From contig CAWDEM010000004.1 in NCBI GenBank assembly GCA_963801355.1, forward strand, positions 896,001 to 960,000: a stretch of 64,000 nt of DNA, written 5' to 3'. Origin of the DNA: Ignavibacteriota bacterium. Lineage in GTDB: Bacteria > Bacteroidota > Ignavibacteria > UBA10030 > UBA6906. The notes under the pieces are model-generated. The model had not been told where the DNA came from. It saw only the letters and a list, made by a program, of their open reading frames with translations, and did no database searches. Below are positions 1 through 8,198 of this stretch, one piece after another; within the stretch, counting starts at the first letter, position 1; each line of letters opens with the position of its first letter. The translations under genes and the position numbers were made by a program.

Positions 1-52
1 CCTCATTGGTGAATACGTCTTTACCCCTAACTGGAGATACATCGTTTCTCCA

Positions 53-262
53 ATGAAATCGGGAGGGCTCCCTGAAACCCCAGAGTGGGGCGGTACAAAC
101 TCCCGATACGTGTTGGAGATAGAGAACTTCCTGGAGGAAACAGACTCCACCGTGACCATCTTGTGGCGGGGGAAATCAGTAACACTCCCAAAATCTGAGA
201 TCACCATCGAGAAGCGTGAAGGGGGATGCCGGGTTACAGTGCCGGTGCGACTGCTGCAGTAG
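53..262 (+). CDS. Small hypothetical protein (69 aa)
   Basis: ORF-track ORF with a protein-like beta-rich pattern (ETDSTVTILWRGKSVTLPKSEITIE...VTVP); GGAGA lies ~15 nt upstream; nothing else supports it. Confidence 0.4.
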   Translation: MKSGGLPETPEWGGTNSRYVLEIENFLEETDSTVTILWRGKSVTLPKSEITIEKREGGCRVTVPVRLLQ

Positions 263-505
263 GACGGCCGGCTATGTCATGAACTACCGAACAATTGCTG
301 ACTTCACCGAAGGCGGGAAGAGAGTACTTTTTGGGGAGGGGAGGAGGCGACATATGATGAGATGAAGACGGGGCTCGGGATTGCTTCCGGGGGGGTGTTC
401 TTTGGAGCAAGGGGAACGGTGTAGTGTTGCGGTCATAGAGGGAGTGGAAAAGGCTTTTGAACCACGCAGAAAAGGGGTGAAAACGCCTCCTAGAGCTTCG
501 CACCA

Positions 506-546
506 TGTAAGAAAATTCCTACACAAAAATTGCCGAAATTCCTACA
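506..546. promoter_or_regulatory. Near-palindromic operator TGTAAG-AAAATT-CCTACA plus repeated half-site AAATTCCTACA
   Basis: 506-523 is one mismatch from TGTAAG-N6-CTTACA; AAATTCCTACA occurs at 513-523 and 536-546, just upstream of the promoter at 568. Confidence 0.55.
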
Positions 547-567
547 AGAGAATCAGACTTTCAGGAA

Positions 568-596
568 TTGACAATTCTTCTGGGGGGTGGTAAATT
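568..596 (+). promoter_or_regulatory. Sigma70-type promoter
   Basis: TTGACA (568-573), 17-nt spacer, TG-n-TAAATT (591-596). Confidence 0.7.
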
Positions 597-868
597 TGGA
601 CCACATAGGTCTCCATGCGGTGGACGGGGCGGTTCCCATATGAGACCTGAGAGCGCAAGTCCGATCCTTGCTTCTGCTCTTACACTCCCATCTCTCTTAC
701 GCGGTTACCAACCGGCTCATCCAACCGCCCAATCCATCGTACTGAATGCTGTTCGGATCTCGAGGGAAACGTCAATGCGTCGTCGAGCGTTCCTCCTTTC
801 CGACGACTCACCGACACGAGCCCAAGGCAGGCTCTAATACTCTACTGTCTAGTGAACGGAGGTGCGCA

Positions 869-3457
869 ATGAAACAAATACGGGCAACATTTCTGCTCAT
901 CGTTGTTTCGGTACTCTCCCCGGTGGTCGTGAATGCGCAATCCGTTCCCGACTTCGACATGACCGCATACAAGGCCTTCCTTGCAGCACACCTGGACATG
1001 AGTTCGGATCAGCTCCTCGCACTTCATCCGGCGAGTTACTTCCAGAAGGACGCGCCGACGACCTTCTCGACAGCACTTCATTTCCCGGCGATTGACGCGA
1101 TCTACAAGCTGACACCAGACGAAAGAGCCTTGCTCGGCCAGCACGGATTTGTTGTCACAGAACGAATAAGACCAAAAACATTCGCATCCGCGTTCCTGGA
1201 AATATACAAAGCCGACCTGCCCGTCTTCATTTCGACCGACGCGATTCTCCATGCGCTGCATCTATCATACGACCTGATCCTCGAACGGATTGAATATGCG
1301 GCAATGATTCCCAAGCTTAGGAGTGCGCTGACGACAATTCATGCACAGATCCCCGTACTTGCGATGCGGTATGCCCAGAGGCAGGAGATGGAACCAAGCC
1401 TGTCCGACGTCGATCTGTATCTTACGGTAGCGCGCAGGCTATTGGGTCAAACGGTTGTTCCCTTCTATATATCGACGTTACCTGCGTCGAACGACCTCCT
1501 CCAGAAGATTGCCGAAGCCCAGTGGGAGCAAGGCGCGAAACCGCTTTTCGCTGACTCGCTTCGCCTCGTGGATTACAGTCAATTCACGGTCCGTGGGCAC
1601 TACACACACAGCGAGGAGCTGTCGAGATACTTCCAATCGTTGATGTGGCTCGGGAGAACGGAGTTCTATCTTTCGCCGCCAACGGGAACAGAGGAACAAT
1701 ACACCGAGGCGCAAATCCAGCGCCAGGCGATTGCCGCTCTCCTCCTGAGGGAGGCTGTCATGCTGTCCGAGGCGGAAACATCCCTAAGTGAGATCGATGG
1801 TATCCTTCGGTTCTTCGTCGGCGATCCGGATAATGTAACCCTGAACCACTTGACGGGGCTGGTTGCTGATGTCGGAATGGCTGGTGCAGACGAGATGCTC
1901 GATACCTTGAAGTTCAGGGGCTTTCAGTCGGCCTTGCTCGAACATGCATGGGCATACCAGAGGATACTTTCGCAGATGCTCTGTTCGCGGAGTCCTCTCG
2001 CGACAGAACAGATACAGCCCGCTTCTTCATTTCTGCTCCTTGGTCAACGGTTTATTATTGACTCGTACGTGACCGGCAGCGTAGTGTACGACAAGATCGT
2101 ATACCAGAACACCAAGATAAAGCGGATGCTTCCCTCGACGCAGGATGTCCTCTTTGCGCTCGGCAACGATGCTTCAGGACAGCTCCTCGTTCCTGAACTT
2201 GATCAATATCATTATGCAACCAACCTTGCTGCGCTGCGGTACCTCATTGATGCGTACGAGCCTCAATTCTGGCGAACGACAATCTACAATGGCTGGCTGA
2301 ACGCGATTCGGGCCTTGAATCCTCCACGGGAGAGAGCCGGGCTTCCGCCTTTCATGCAGACCGCCGCCTGGTGGCAGGAGAAAATGAACACCCAGATGGC
2401 TTCCTGGGCAGAGCTGAGGCATGATAATCTCCTCTATGCAAAACAATCCTATACCGGCATCCCGGCTTGTATGTTTCCCTACGGGTACGTCGAGCCGATT
2501 CCGGAATTCTACCGGCGGCTTTCAGGGCTTGCTGACACCGCAGCGGCCTATTTCCGTCATCTTACGATCCCTGAGGTAGGAGATGTTGCCGCGTATTTCG
2601 TGAACATGAAGAAGACTGCGGACACACTAGCCGCGATTGCAGAAAAGGAACTGTCCAAGATTGAACTCGACGAATCCGAGAAAGGATTCCTGAGCCGGAC
2701 AATCTACCTGGGACCGTGTGGATCCGGCCGGGATGGATTTCCCAACGGGTGGTATGCTGATCTGTCTTTCGGGGCACCGCCGTCGACTACGGAGGACGAC
2801 ATTGTTGTGGCCGACGTTCATACGAGCCCCGCCAACGCGTCGGGAGCGATTGTGGGATGGGTCCTTCATGCAGGAACGGGTCCTCTCAATATGGCATTTG
2901 TGGTCACGGAATTACCACAGATCGGGAATGTCGCGTTTGTTGGGCCGGTGTTGAGCTATTACGAGTACGTCTCTTCAGACTTCAAACGCCTCACGGATGA
3001 AGAGTGGAAGGCGCAGTATGCAGGACTGCAAGTCTCACGTCCGTCCTGGGCAAACCTCTATCTGGCAAACCAATCCGGCACTACGCTTGGAACGGGTCCG
3101 ACACTGATTACCGGGATCCCGATTGATCCAGTTGAGTCCCGTATCCCCCAGAGCATAACGCTTGCGCAAAACTACCCCAATCCATTTAACCCGAGTACGA
3201 CTATTCGGTTTGAACTTCCCGGGGCTTCCTCCGTGCGATTGAAGTTGTACAATGTAATGGGTCAAGAGGTCCTGACACTTGTTGACGAGGAGATGCCTGC
3301 GGGTGTCTATGATGTTCGCTTTAACGGCTCGGGACTATCGAGCGGCGTGTACTTCTACAGAATGCAGGTCCGCCCTCCGGCCTCCGCTGTCGGGCGTGAC
3401 TTCAAGAGCGGAGCGGGAGACTTCGTGCAGACCAAGCGATTGATGCTTCTGAAGTAA
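869..3457 (+). CDS. DUF3160-like secreted protein with T9SS/Por-type C-terminal sorting domain
   Basis: GGAGG RBS at 858-862; signal peptide MKQIRATFLLIVVSVLSPVVVNA; DUF3160-like motifs (YSQFTVRGHYT, SWAELRHDNLLYAKQSY, GYVEP, VVADVHT); C-terminal LAQNYPNPFNPSTTIRF...SGVYFYR...TKRLMLLK. Confidence 0.85.
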   Translation: MKQIRATFLLIVVSVLSPVVVNAQSVPDFDMTAYKAFLAAHLDMSSDQLLALHPASYFQKDAPTTFSTALHFPAIDAIYKLTPDERALLGQHGFVVTERIRPKTFASAFLEIYKADLPVFISTDAILHALHLSYDLILERIEYAAMIPKLRSALTTIHAQIPVLAMRYAQRQEMEPSLSDVDLYLTVARRLLGQTVVPFYISTLPASNDLLQKIAEAQWEQGAKPLFADSLRLVDYSQFTVRGHYTHSEELSRYFQSLMWLGRTEFYLSPPTGTEEQYTEAQIQRQAIAALLLREAVMLSEAETSLSEIDGILRFFVGDPDNVTLNHLTGLVADVGMAGADEMLDTLKFRGFQSALLEHAWAYQRILSQMLCSRSPLATEQIQPASSFLLLGQRFIIDSYVTGSVVYDKIVYQNTKIKRMLPSTQDVLFALGNDASGQLLVPELDQYHYATNLAALRYLIDAYEPQFWRTTIYNGWLNAIRALNPPRERAGLPPFMQTAAWWQEKMNTQMASWAELRHDNLLYAKQSYTGIPACMFPYGYVEPIPEFYRRLSGLADTAAAYFRHLTIPEVGDVAAYFVNMKKTADTLAAIAEKELSKIELDESEKGFLSRTIYLGPCGSGRDGFPNGWYADLSFGAPPSTTEDDIVVADVHTSPANASGAIVGWVLHAGTGPLNMAFVVTELPQIGNVAFVGPVLSYYEYVSSDFKRLTDEEWKAQYAGLQVSRPSWANLYLANQSGTTLGTGPTLITGIPIDPVESRIPQSITLAQNYPNPFNPSTTIRFELPGASSVRLKLYNVMGQEVLTLVDEEMPAGVYDVRFNGSGLSSGVYFYRMQVRPPASAVGRDFKSGAGDFVQTKRLMLLK

Positions 3458-3563
3458 CGTTTATCAGGTGGGCAAACGAAAAGGTGGGTACAATGAATTA
3501 CAGCCACGCAATCAATCGGGTATCCTCCGTCTAACACGGATTCACGTTGTGCAAGGAACGAAA

Positions 3564-3577
3564 GGAACACCCTTTGC
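3564..3577 (+). promoter_or_regulatory. Possible sigma54 (-24/-12) promoter for the cupin gene
   Basis: GG-AACACCCTTT-GC, correct GG-N10-GC spacing with TTGC, but departs from TGGCAC. Confidence 0.3.
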
Positions 3578-3773
3578 GTTAGCATATATGACCGTCATGG
3601 GAGCAGAGGGATCTTCTTGCACATACTCGCGGCTTCTCAGCAACCTCTCCTACAGTCTCCCTCACCTCAGGCCACGCTTCGCACGCGTCTGAGGAAGGTG
3701 TCCCAATTGAGACGTGGATTCCGTGAACGAAAGAATCTACTCAATCCATTACATTCTAAAGGAAGGATTTGTT

Positions 3774-4223
3774 ATGAAGACAGTCACATCGTACATCGTA
3801 CTGCTCCTTGTAGGACTGATTTCCTTGGGGGCAACGGTAGCTTCGGCTCAAGGGAAGACGAATAAACAGGCGGTCCTGTGGGCTGCGGAAGACCTTAAAT
3901 GGGTACCGCTGGGTGCTGGAGCCCCGGGTGTCATGAGCGTAATGCTTTGGGGTGACAACACCAAGGGCGCATATGGTGGATTGACGAAGTTCCCTGCAGG
4001 CTTCAAGGCCCCGCTCCATTCCCATACCTACGCGACGAAGATCGTAGTTATCAAAGGAGCATATACGTACAACGGCAAGAAGTATGGACCGGGTTCTTAC
4101 GTCTTTGTTCCTGGTGGACTCAAGCATGAAAGCGGTGGGGTCGCGGATTCGGAGTCCATTTTCTTCATAGAACAGGACGGCTCATTTGATATGAAGCCGG
4201 TAGACGTGTCAAAAGAGAAGTAG
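3774..4223 (+). CDS. Secreted cupin-fold protein (DUF4437/ChrR-like)
   Basis: AAGGAAGG RBS; signal peptide; cupin motifs KFPAGFKAPLHSH and GPGSYVFVPGGLKH. Confidence 0.8.
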   Translation: MKTVTSYIVLLLVGLISLGATVASAQGKTNKQAVLWAAEDLKWVPLGAGAPGVMSVMLWGDNTKGAYGGLTKFPAGFKAPLHSHTYATKIVVIKGAYTYNGKKYGPGSYVFVPGGLKHESGGVADSESIFFIEQDGSFDMKPVDVSKEK

Positions 4224-4232
4224 TAGTTGGGA

Positions 4233-4293
4233 GCGCCGCCCTTCGGGGCGGGCAAAGTCAGAAAAAGCCCGGCCGTCGAGCGCCGGCCGGGCT
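4233..4293. terminator. Pair of hairpins between convergent genes
   Basis: GCGCCGCCC-TTCG-GGGCGGGC, then AAAAA-GCCCGGCCG...CGGCCGGGCT, giving a U-tail on the minus strand. Confidence 0.65.
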
Positions 4294-4322
4294 AGCTGAA
4301 AGGCGACGCTGTCACAGAGTCC

Positions 4323-4733
4323 TCAGTGAATCACCACAACGCTGTCAGCCCTGTTGTTGTAGACGTGTATTTGCATCGTCACAAAGTTTGACGCATCAGC
4401 ATGCTCGGTCCCGATACCCTGGATCACAACTCCGCTCGCCGTGCCACCCGACACAATCGAGTACTCGCCGTTACCGTTGATGGGGCGGTCCGTTAATTTC
4501 GTGAGGCCAGCAGCATCAGCGGTCAAGCCGACAAAGGAGCTGCCTCCACCGTCGAGAGTCGTCGGACGTATATAATACTGATGCGCGCGCGCAGCCAGGT
4601 TGACAAGGTCACCGCTGACGGCGTCACGGTTGCTGTCAGATGCGTTATCTGTGAACATTGTGATGCCGATTGCGATCGCGAGTCCAACGACGATTACGCC
4701 GAGAACTATGATTAGAAGCTGTTGCTGTCCCAT
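4323..4733 (-). CDS. Pilin-like protein (MGQQQLL... family)
   Basis: N-terminal MG|QQQ, a 20-residue hydrophobic helix, an amphipathic helix (NRDAVSGDLVNLAARAHQYY) and a small beta head; sigma54 promoter upstream. Confidence 0.7.
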   Translation of the reverse strand: MGQQQLLIIVLGVIVVGLAIAIGITMFTDNASDSNRDAVSGDLVNLAARAHQYYIRPTTLDGGGSSFVGLTADAAGLTKLTDRPINGNGEYSIVSGGTASGVVIQGIGTEHADASNFVTMQIHVYNNRADSVVVIH

Positions 4734-4813
4734 GGTATCGTTTCCCTACATAAGTGATGCTCTATGTCCGGTGATTGGCTCCATCAATATTGCGATTCGT
4801 CAACGGAAAAAGG

Positions 4814-4828
4814 GCAAATGCCGTGCCA
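4814..4828 (-). promoter_or_regulatory. Sigma54 promoter for the pilin-like gene
   Basis: Minus strand reads TGGCACGGCATTTGC, a perfect TGGCACG-N4-TTGC. Confidence 0.8.
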
Positions 4829-4909
4829 CCCAATCACCCCACAAGTAGGGCCTTTTTCTGGCCTAAGTGGGCACTTTGCTCCATGGGAATGGTAGAAACT
4901 ACCGATGAT

Positions 4910-4947
4910 AAAAAAAAATCCCCCGGCCGGGAACATCCGGCCGGGGG
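4910..4947 (-). terminator. Rho-independent terminator of the cold-shock gene
   Basis: 11-bp stem CCCCCGGCCGG/CCGGCCGGGGG with a 6-nt loop and a T9 tail on the minus strand. Confidence 0.85.
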
Positions 4948-4974
4948 TGATGCATTGAGCCTGGTCAGAAAAAA

Positions 4975-5175
4975 TTATGCTTTTGTGACGTTTGTGGCCT
5001 GAAGACCCTTCGGTCCCCGGGTAACCTCAAATGACACTTTGTCGCCTTCGTTCAGGGTCTTGTACCCTTCGCCGACGATTTCCTTGAAATGGACGAATAC
5101 ATCTTCGCCAGTTTCACGTTGAATAAAACCGAAGCCCTTGGCTCCGTTGAACCATTTCACAGATCCTGTTTCCAT
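4975..5175 (-). CDS. cspA: Cold-shock domain protein
   Basis: [18 protein letters not shown]...DVFVHF (RNP1/RNP2)...[10 protein letters not shown]; AGAGGT RBS. Confidence 0.95.
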   Translation of the reverse strand: METGSVKWFNGAKGFGFIQRETGEDVFVHFKEIVGEGYKTLNEGDKVSFEVTRGPKGLQATNVTKA

Positions 5176-5337
5176 GGAACACACCTCTTTGTATATGAAA
5201 GTCCGCAACCGGCGAACGCGGTCATGTACATCCGAAAGTGTGCTTTGGAAACGCAAAATCGCAACCCGGTCAACGATGCGCCATGGTTGCGATTTCAACA
5301 ACAGCTTGACAAGGCCCAATACGGTGTACGATGATAT

Positions 5338-5366
5338 ATAGTATGACTTATTCTGCTCAATAGCAA
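5338..5366 (-). promoter_or_regulatory. Sigma70 promoter of the cold-shock gene (~155-nt 5'UTR)
   Basis: TTGCTA-17 nt-TACTAT on the minus strand. Confidence 0.6.
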
Positions 5367-5408
5367 GCCCAAACGCCGAAAGTGGATATGCAGCATTTCG
5401 TCATTCTC

Positions 5409-6980
5409 TCAGCCGGTCGACTCCAGGGCAACGGGAACCTCGCGCTCCTTCGTCTCCTGGGACTTCAGGAATGCGTAGGGGTCATGGTAGATCGCACCCG
5501 GGGGCAGTGAGTGCCAGAGGGGACCCAGATCTTTCTTGATTTGCATTTCATAGTAAGCCGGCAGGATATCCGTTTCCTGTTCGAAGTAGTCACGGAACGC
5601 ACGATCGGAGATGAGCTGCCGGTGCACTTCCGCATAATAGCGAAGCCGTCCATATCCCTCGGAAGAAATCGCGCGGATCACGTTCAGCCATCGCGGGACA
5701 ACACCACTGGTTGCAGCCATACGGCGAAAGATCGCCCTTCGGGAGAATGAATGTCGCGTTAGATCGATGACATGCTCGTAAAACGCAGGCCATGCATAGT
5801 TCTTTGGCCGCATGTTCATAGCGCAGTTGTTGTTCAGGAAATGAAATGGAAATCCGATGAGCCGGCCTTGCTGTTGGTACTGGTAGTTGATCGGTGCAGC
5901 CTCGCCAAAGGAGGTGAGGAGCGAGTAACCGGGAAACGCCCCCGGTGAAAGATCAATGAAGTGTTTCGTCAGTGCGAAGGGTTCCGCCCCTGCGTCGGAA
6001 TCCAGGCCCAGAACAAAGTTGGTTTGAATATACGGTATGTAGCGGAGCACAAGATTGATGTGGTCCGCCACACGTTGTACTTTAGCTTCACCCTGGACCG
6101 ATCCGGTGCGCGACTTCTCTCCAAGGTCGAACCAGGATTCCACACCCGGCAGCAATGCCTTGAACCCGTTACGGTTCAGACGCTGGAGATGCGGCTCAGA
6201 GAGCAAGGACAGGCTGCTTTCGGCGATGAAGTCGATGCTGTCGGGGGGAACGGCCTCTTCAATTGCACCCATGATATCGTCAAAGCGGATGCCAAAATTC
6301 GGATCGTGCCAGCCGACGAGCGGCCGCTTGAAACGTGTGAGAAGGAACCGGAGATCCTCCTGAATGACGTCTGTATTCAGAAGCCGGTAGGGAACCGACG
6401 AATCAATGCAGAAACTGCATGTGTACGGGCATCCGGTGCTGGCGAGCATCGGTACAAGCTTTATCAGGGGAGCTTTACGGAGAGTGGCTTCAATGAACCC
6501 CCAGCGCTCCCGGACTCCTGGTATTTCCGCGGGCTGCCGCGGAGCCGAAAGCCGCACACCAAGCGGCACGTGCCGCGAACAATCGTGCAGGACGTCGTTG
6601 ATCACCGCCTCATCGGTGAAGCCAAGGACATAGTCGAAGTATTTTCTGGCATCCTCTGGATAACACCGTGCATGGGGTCCTCCCAAAACAGTAACCACGC
6701 CCTGAGCACGGAGACGGCTGCTGAGTGCGTAGGCGAGGAGGGCAGCCTCTGTGAAGGCACCGATAAACATGATATCAAGATCACGGGGAAGTTCTTTTTC
6801 GAGATCCTCAAAACCGGTATAACACATCAACGACACATCATGTCCCGCCCTCTGACACCAGACACCAACAACCTGCGGCATGATGCTCGACAGGTTTGCG
6901 TTCATCACTCTTGCCCAGAGCGCACGTGTGGAACTCTTGCTGGCAAGGTCAATGATGCCGATCCGCAATTTACGCGCCAA
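5409..6980 (-). CDS. Cobalamin-binding radical SAM protein
   Basis: N-terminal B12-binding-like domain (VLGGPHA); CxxxCxxC (GCPYTCSFC); TTG start at 6980 chosen from the AGGAGA RBS at 6988-6993. Confidence 0.85.
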   Translation of the reverse strand: MARKLRIGIIDLASKSSTRALWARVMNANLSSIMPQVVGVWCQRAGHDVSLMCYTGFEDLEKELPRDLDIMFIGAFTEAALLAYALSSRLRAQGVVTVLGGPHARCYPEDARKYFDYVLGFTDEAVINDVLHDCSRHVPLGVRLSAPRQPAEIPGVRERWGFIEATLRKAPLIKLVPMLASTGCPYTCSFCIDSSVPYRLLNTDVIQEDLRFLLTRFKRPLVGWHDPNFGIRFDDIMGAIEEAVPPDSIDFIAESSLSLLSEPHLQRLNRNGFKALLPGVESWFDLGEKSRTGSVQGEAKVQRVADHINLVLRYIPYIQTNFVLGLDSDAGAEPFALTKHFIDLSPGAFPGYSLLTSFGEAAPINYQYQQQGRLIGFPFHFLNNNCAMNMRPKNYAWPAFYEHVIDLTRHSFSRRAIFRRMAATSGVVPRWLNVIRAISSEGYGRLRYYAEVHRQLISDRAFRDYFEQETDILPAYYEMQIKKDLGPLWHSLPPGAIYHDPYAFLKSQETKEREVPVALESTG

Positions 6981-7278
6981 GTACTTTTCTCCTGATTGTT
7001 CTTTTCCTGCCAGATGATTTGTTCTCTTGCTGCTGCTTCTCGACAATGGCCTGCTTGATGATTTTCCTTAGCACTGCACGCGTCAGGGGATGGGGCGACA
7101 TTTCACCGTTCTTCAGGGCAGTATGGATCGCTGTGTGGAAGTCACCGATCGATGCATCGCTCAAGATGAAACGGCGCACACCTTCCCTTACGAGTTCGAA
7201 CGTGGCATCGAACTCCTTCGAGGCCCTCCCGCGACGTTTTGAAGGGCGAGTACTGGATGACAACCTTTTGCCGGGCAA
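6970..7278 (-). CDS. Small protein resembling the C-terminal half of a NarL-type receiver domain
   Basis: ELVREGVRRFILSDASIGDFHTAIHTALKNGEMSPHPLTRAVLRKI aligns by eye with QYVQAGVAGFVLKDATFADFVRTIREVAQGKKVLPPLLTSSLFSQI of the adjacent regulator; its stop overlaps the radical SAM start. Confidence 0.55.
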   Translation of the reverse strand: MPGKRLSSSTRPSKRRGRASKEFDATFELVREGVRRFILSDASIGDFHTAIHTALKNGEMSPHPLTRAVLRKIIKQAIVEKQQQENKSSGRKRTIRRKVLGA

Positions 7279-7461
7279 GACGGGGCCCTACTCTCTGTTG
7301 TGGGTCATCGTGCAGTATGCACGGCACCGAACTACACCGGGTCTCACGGGATGCTCCCGATGTGGACCTGCGTACAGAAGGATGCTCAGAATTCTGTTAA
7401 GTGGGTATCGCTCGGAGGGATGGAAAGAGGACTGGTCCCTTTGGGGGAGGGAACACGAAGG

Positions 7462-8145
7462 TCATTCGATTGCAGAAGCACTGTGCCGGTAACTGGCGAT
7501 TTCGAGGCGGGTGTGCAACTGGAGTTTTTCCAGAATATTGTGGACGTGGCTCTTAACGGTGTCGACTGCAAGATCAAGCCGGTGGGCGATCTGCTTGTTG
7601 CTGAGCCCTTCGGCAATCAACTCAACAACCTCGCGCTCCCGCTGCGTCATGCGGACCGATTTGAAAGGGTTACGCCTGCTGTCGCTGGCGGCATGATCGG
7701 CGATCTGGGAGAAGAGTGAAGAGGTCAGCAGAGGGGGGAGCACCTTCTTTCCTTGCGCAACTTCACGGATGGTTCGCACAAAATCGGCGAACGTTGCATC
7801 CTTCAGCACAAATCCAGCCACGCCCGCCTGAACGTATTGAACAAGGGAAGGTTGGATCGGCGCGAGATCCATTACGATGATCTTCGTGCTGGTGTGTGTT
7901 TCTCTGATCGAATGCACAAGGCGCAAACTCGTCTTGCTCCGCAGGACGAAATCCAGGAGAATCACATCGGTCTTGAGCTTTTTCCCCCGTATCAGCGCGT
8001 CACCGTTGCTCAGCGATGCGACGACGGTGAAGTCCGGTTGCTCTTTGAGCATCACGGTCAGACCCTCGCGGAGAAGACGGTTGTCTTCGACCAGGACTAT
8101 CCTGACCCGTTTTTTATCTGGGATTCGGGGCCGGGGCAAGGGCAT
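7462..8145 (-). CDS. NarL/LuxR-family response regulator
   Basis: Receiver domain (VLVEDN, DVILLD, FVLKD) plus LuxR HTH (MTQREREVVELIAEGLSNKQIA...TVKSHVHNILEKL). Confidence 0.93.
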   Translation of the reverse strand: MPLPRPRIPDKKRVRIVLVEDNRLLREGLTVMLKEQPDFTVVASLSNGDALIRGKKLKTDVILLDFVLRSKTSLRLVHSIRETHTSTKIIVMDLAPIQPSLVQYVQAGVAGFVLKDATFADFVRTIREVAQGKKVLPPLLTSSLFSQIADHAASDSRRNPFKSVRMTQREREVVELIAEGLSNKQIAHRLDLAVDTVKSHVHNILEKLQLHTRLEIASYRHSASAIE

Positions 8146-8198
8146 GTGTAGGTGTGTGGTTGCGCATCATTCTAAGTTATGGAAATCAGATGTTGATT

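Noticed and set aside
325-480. G-rich stretch as a G-quadruplex or coding region
   Set aside because: G-runs are irregular and widely spaced, and the ORFs there look non-coding.
597-868. CsrB/Rsm-type sRNA downstream of the GacA-like box
   Set aside because: The leader lacks the many repeated GGA stem-loops expected.
3468-3500. c-di-GMP-I riboswitch (GGGCAAAC...GAAA)
   Set aside because: No P2 pairing and no downstream GACGCAAAGC-type motif.
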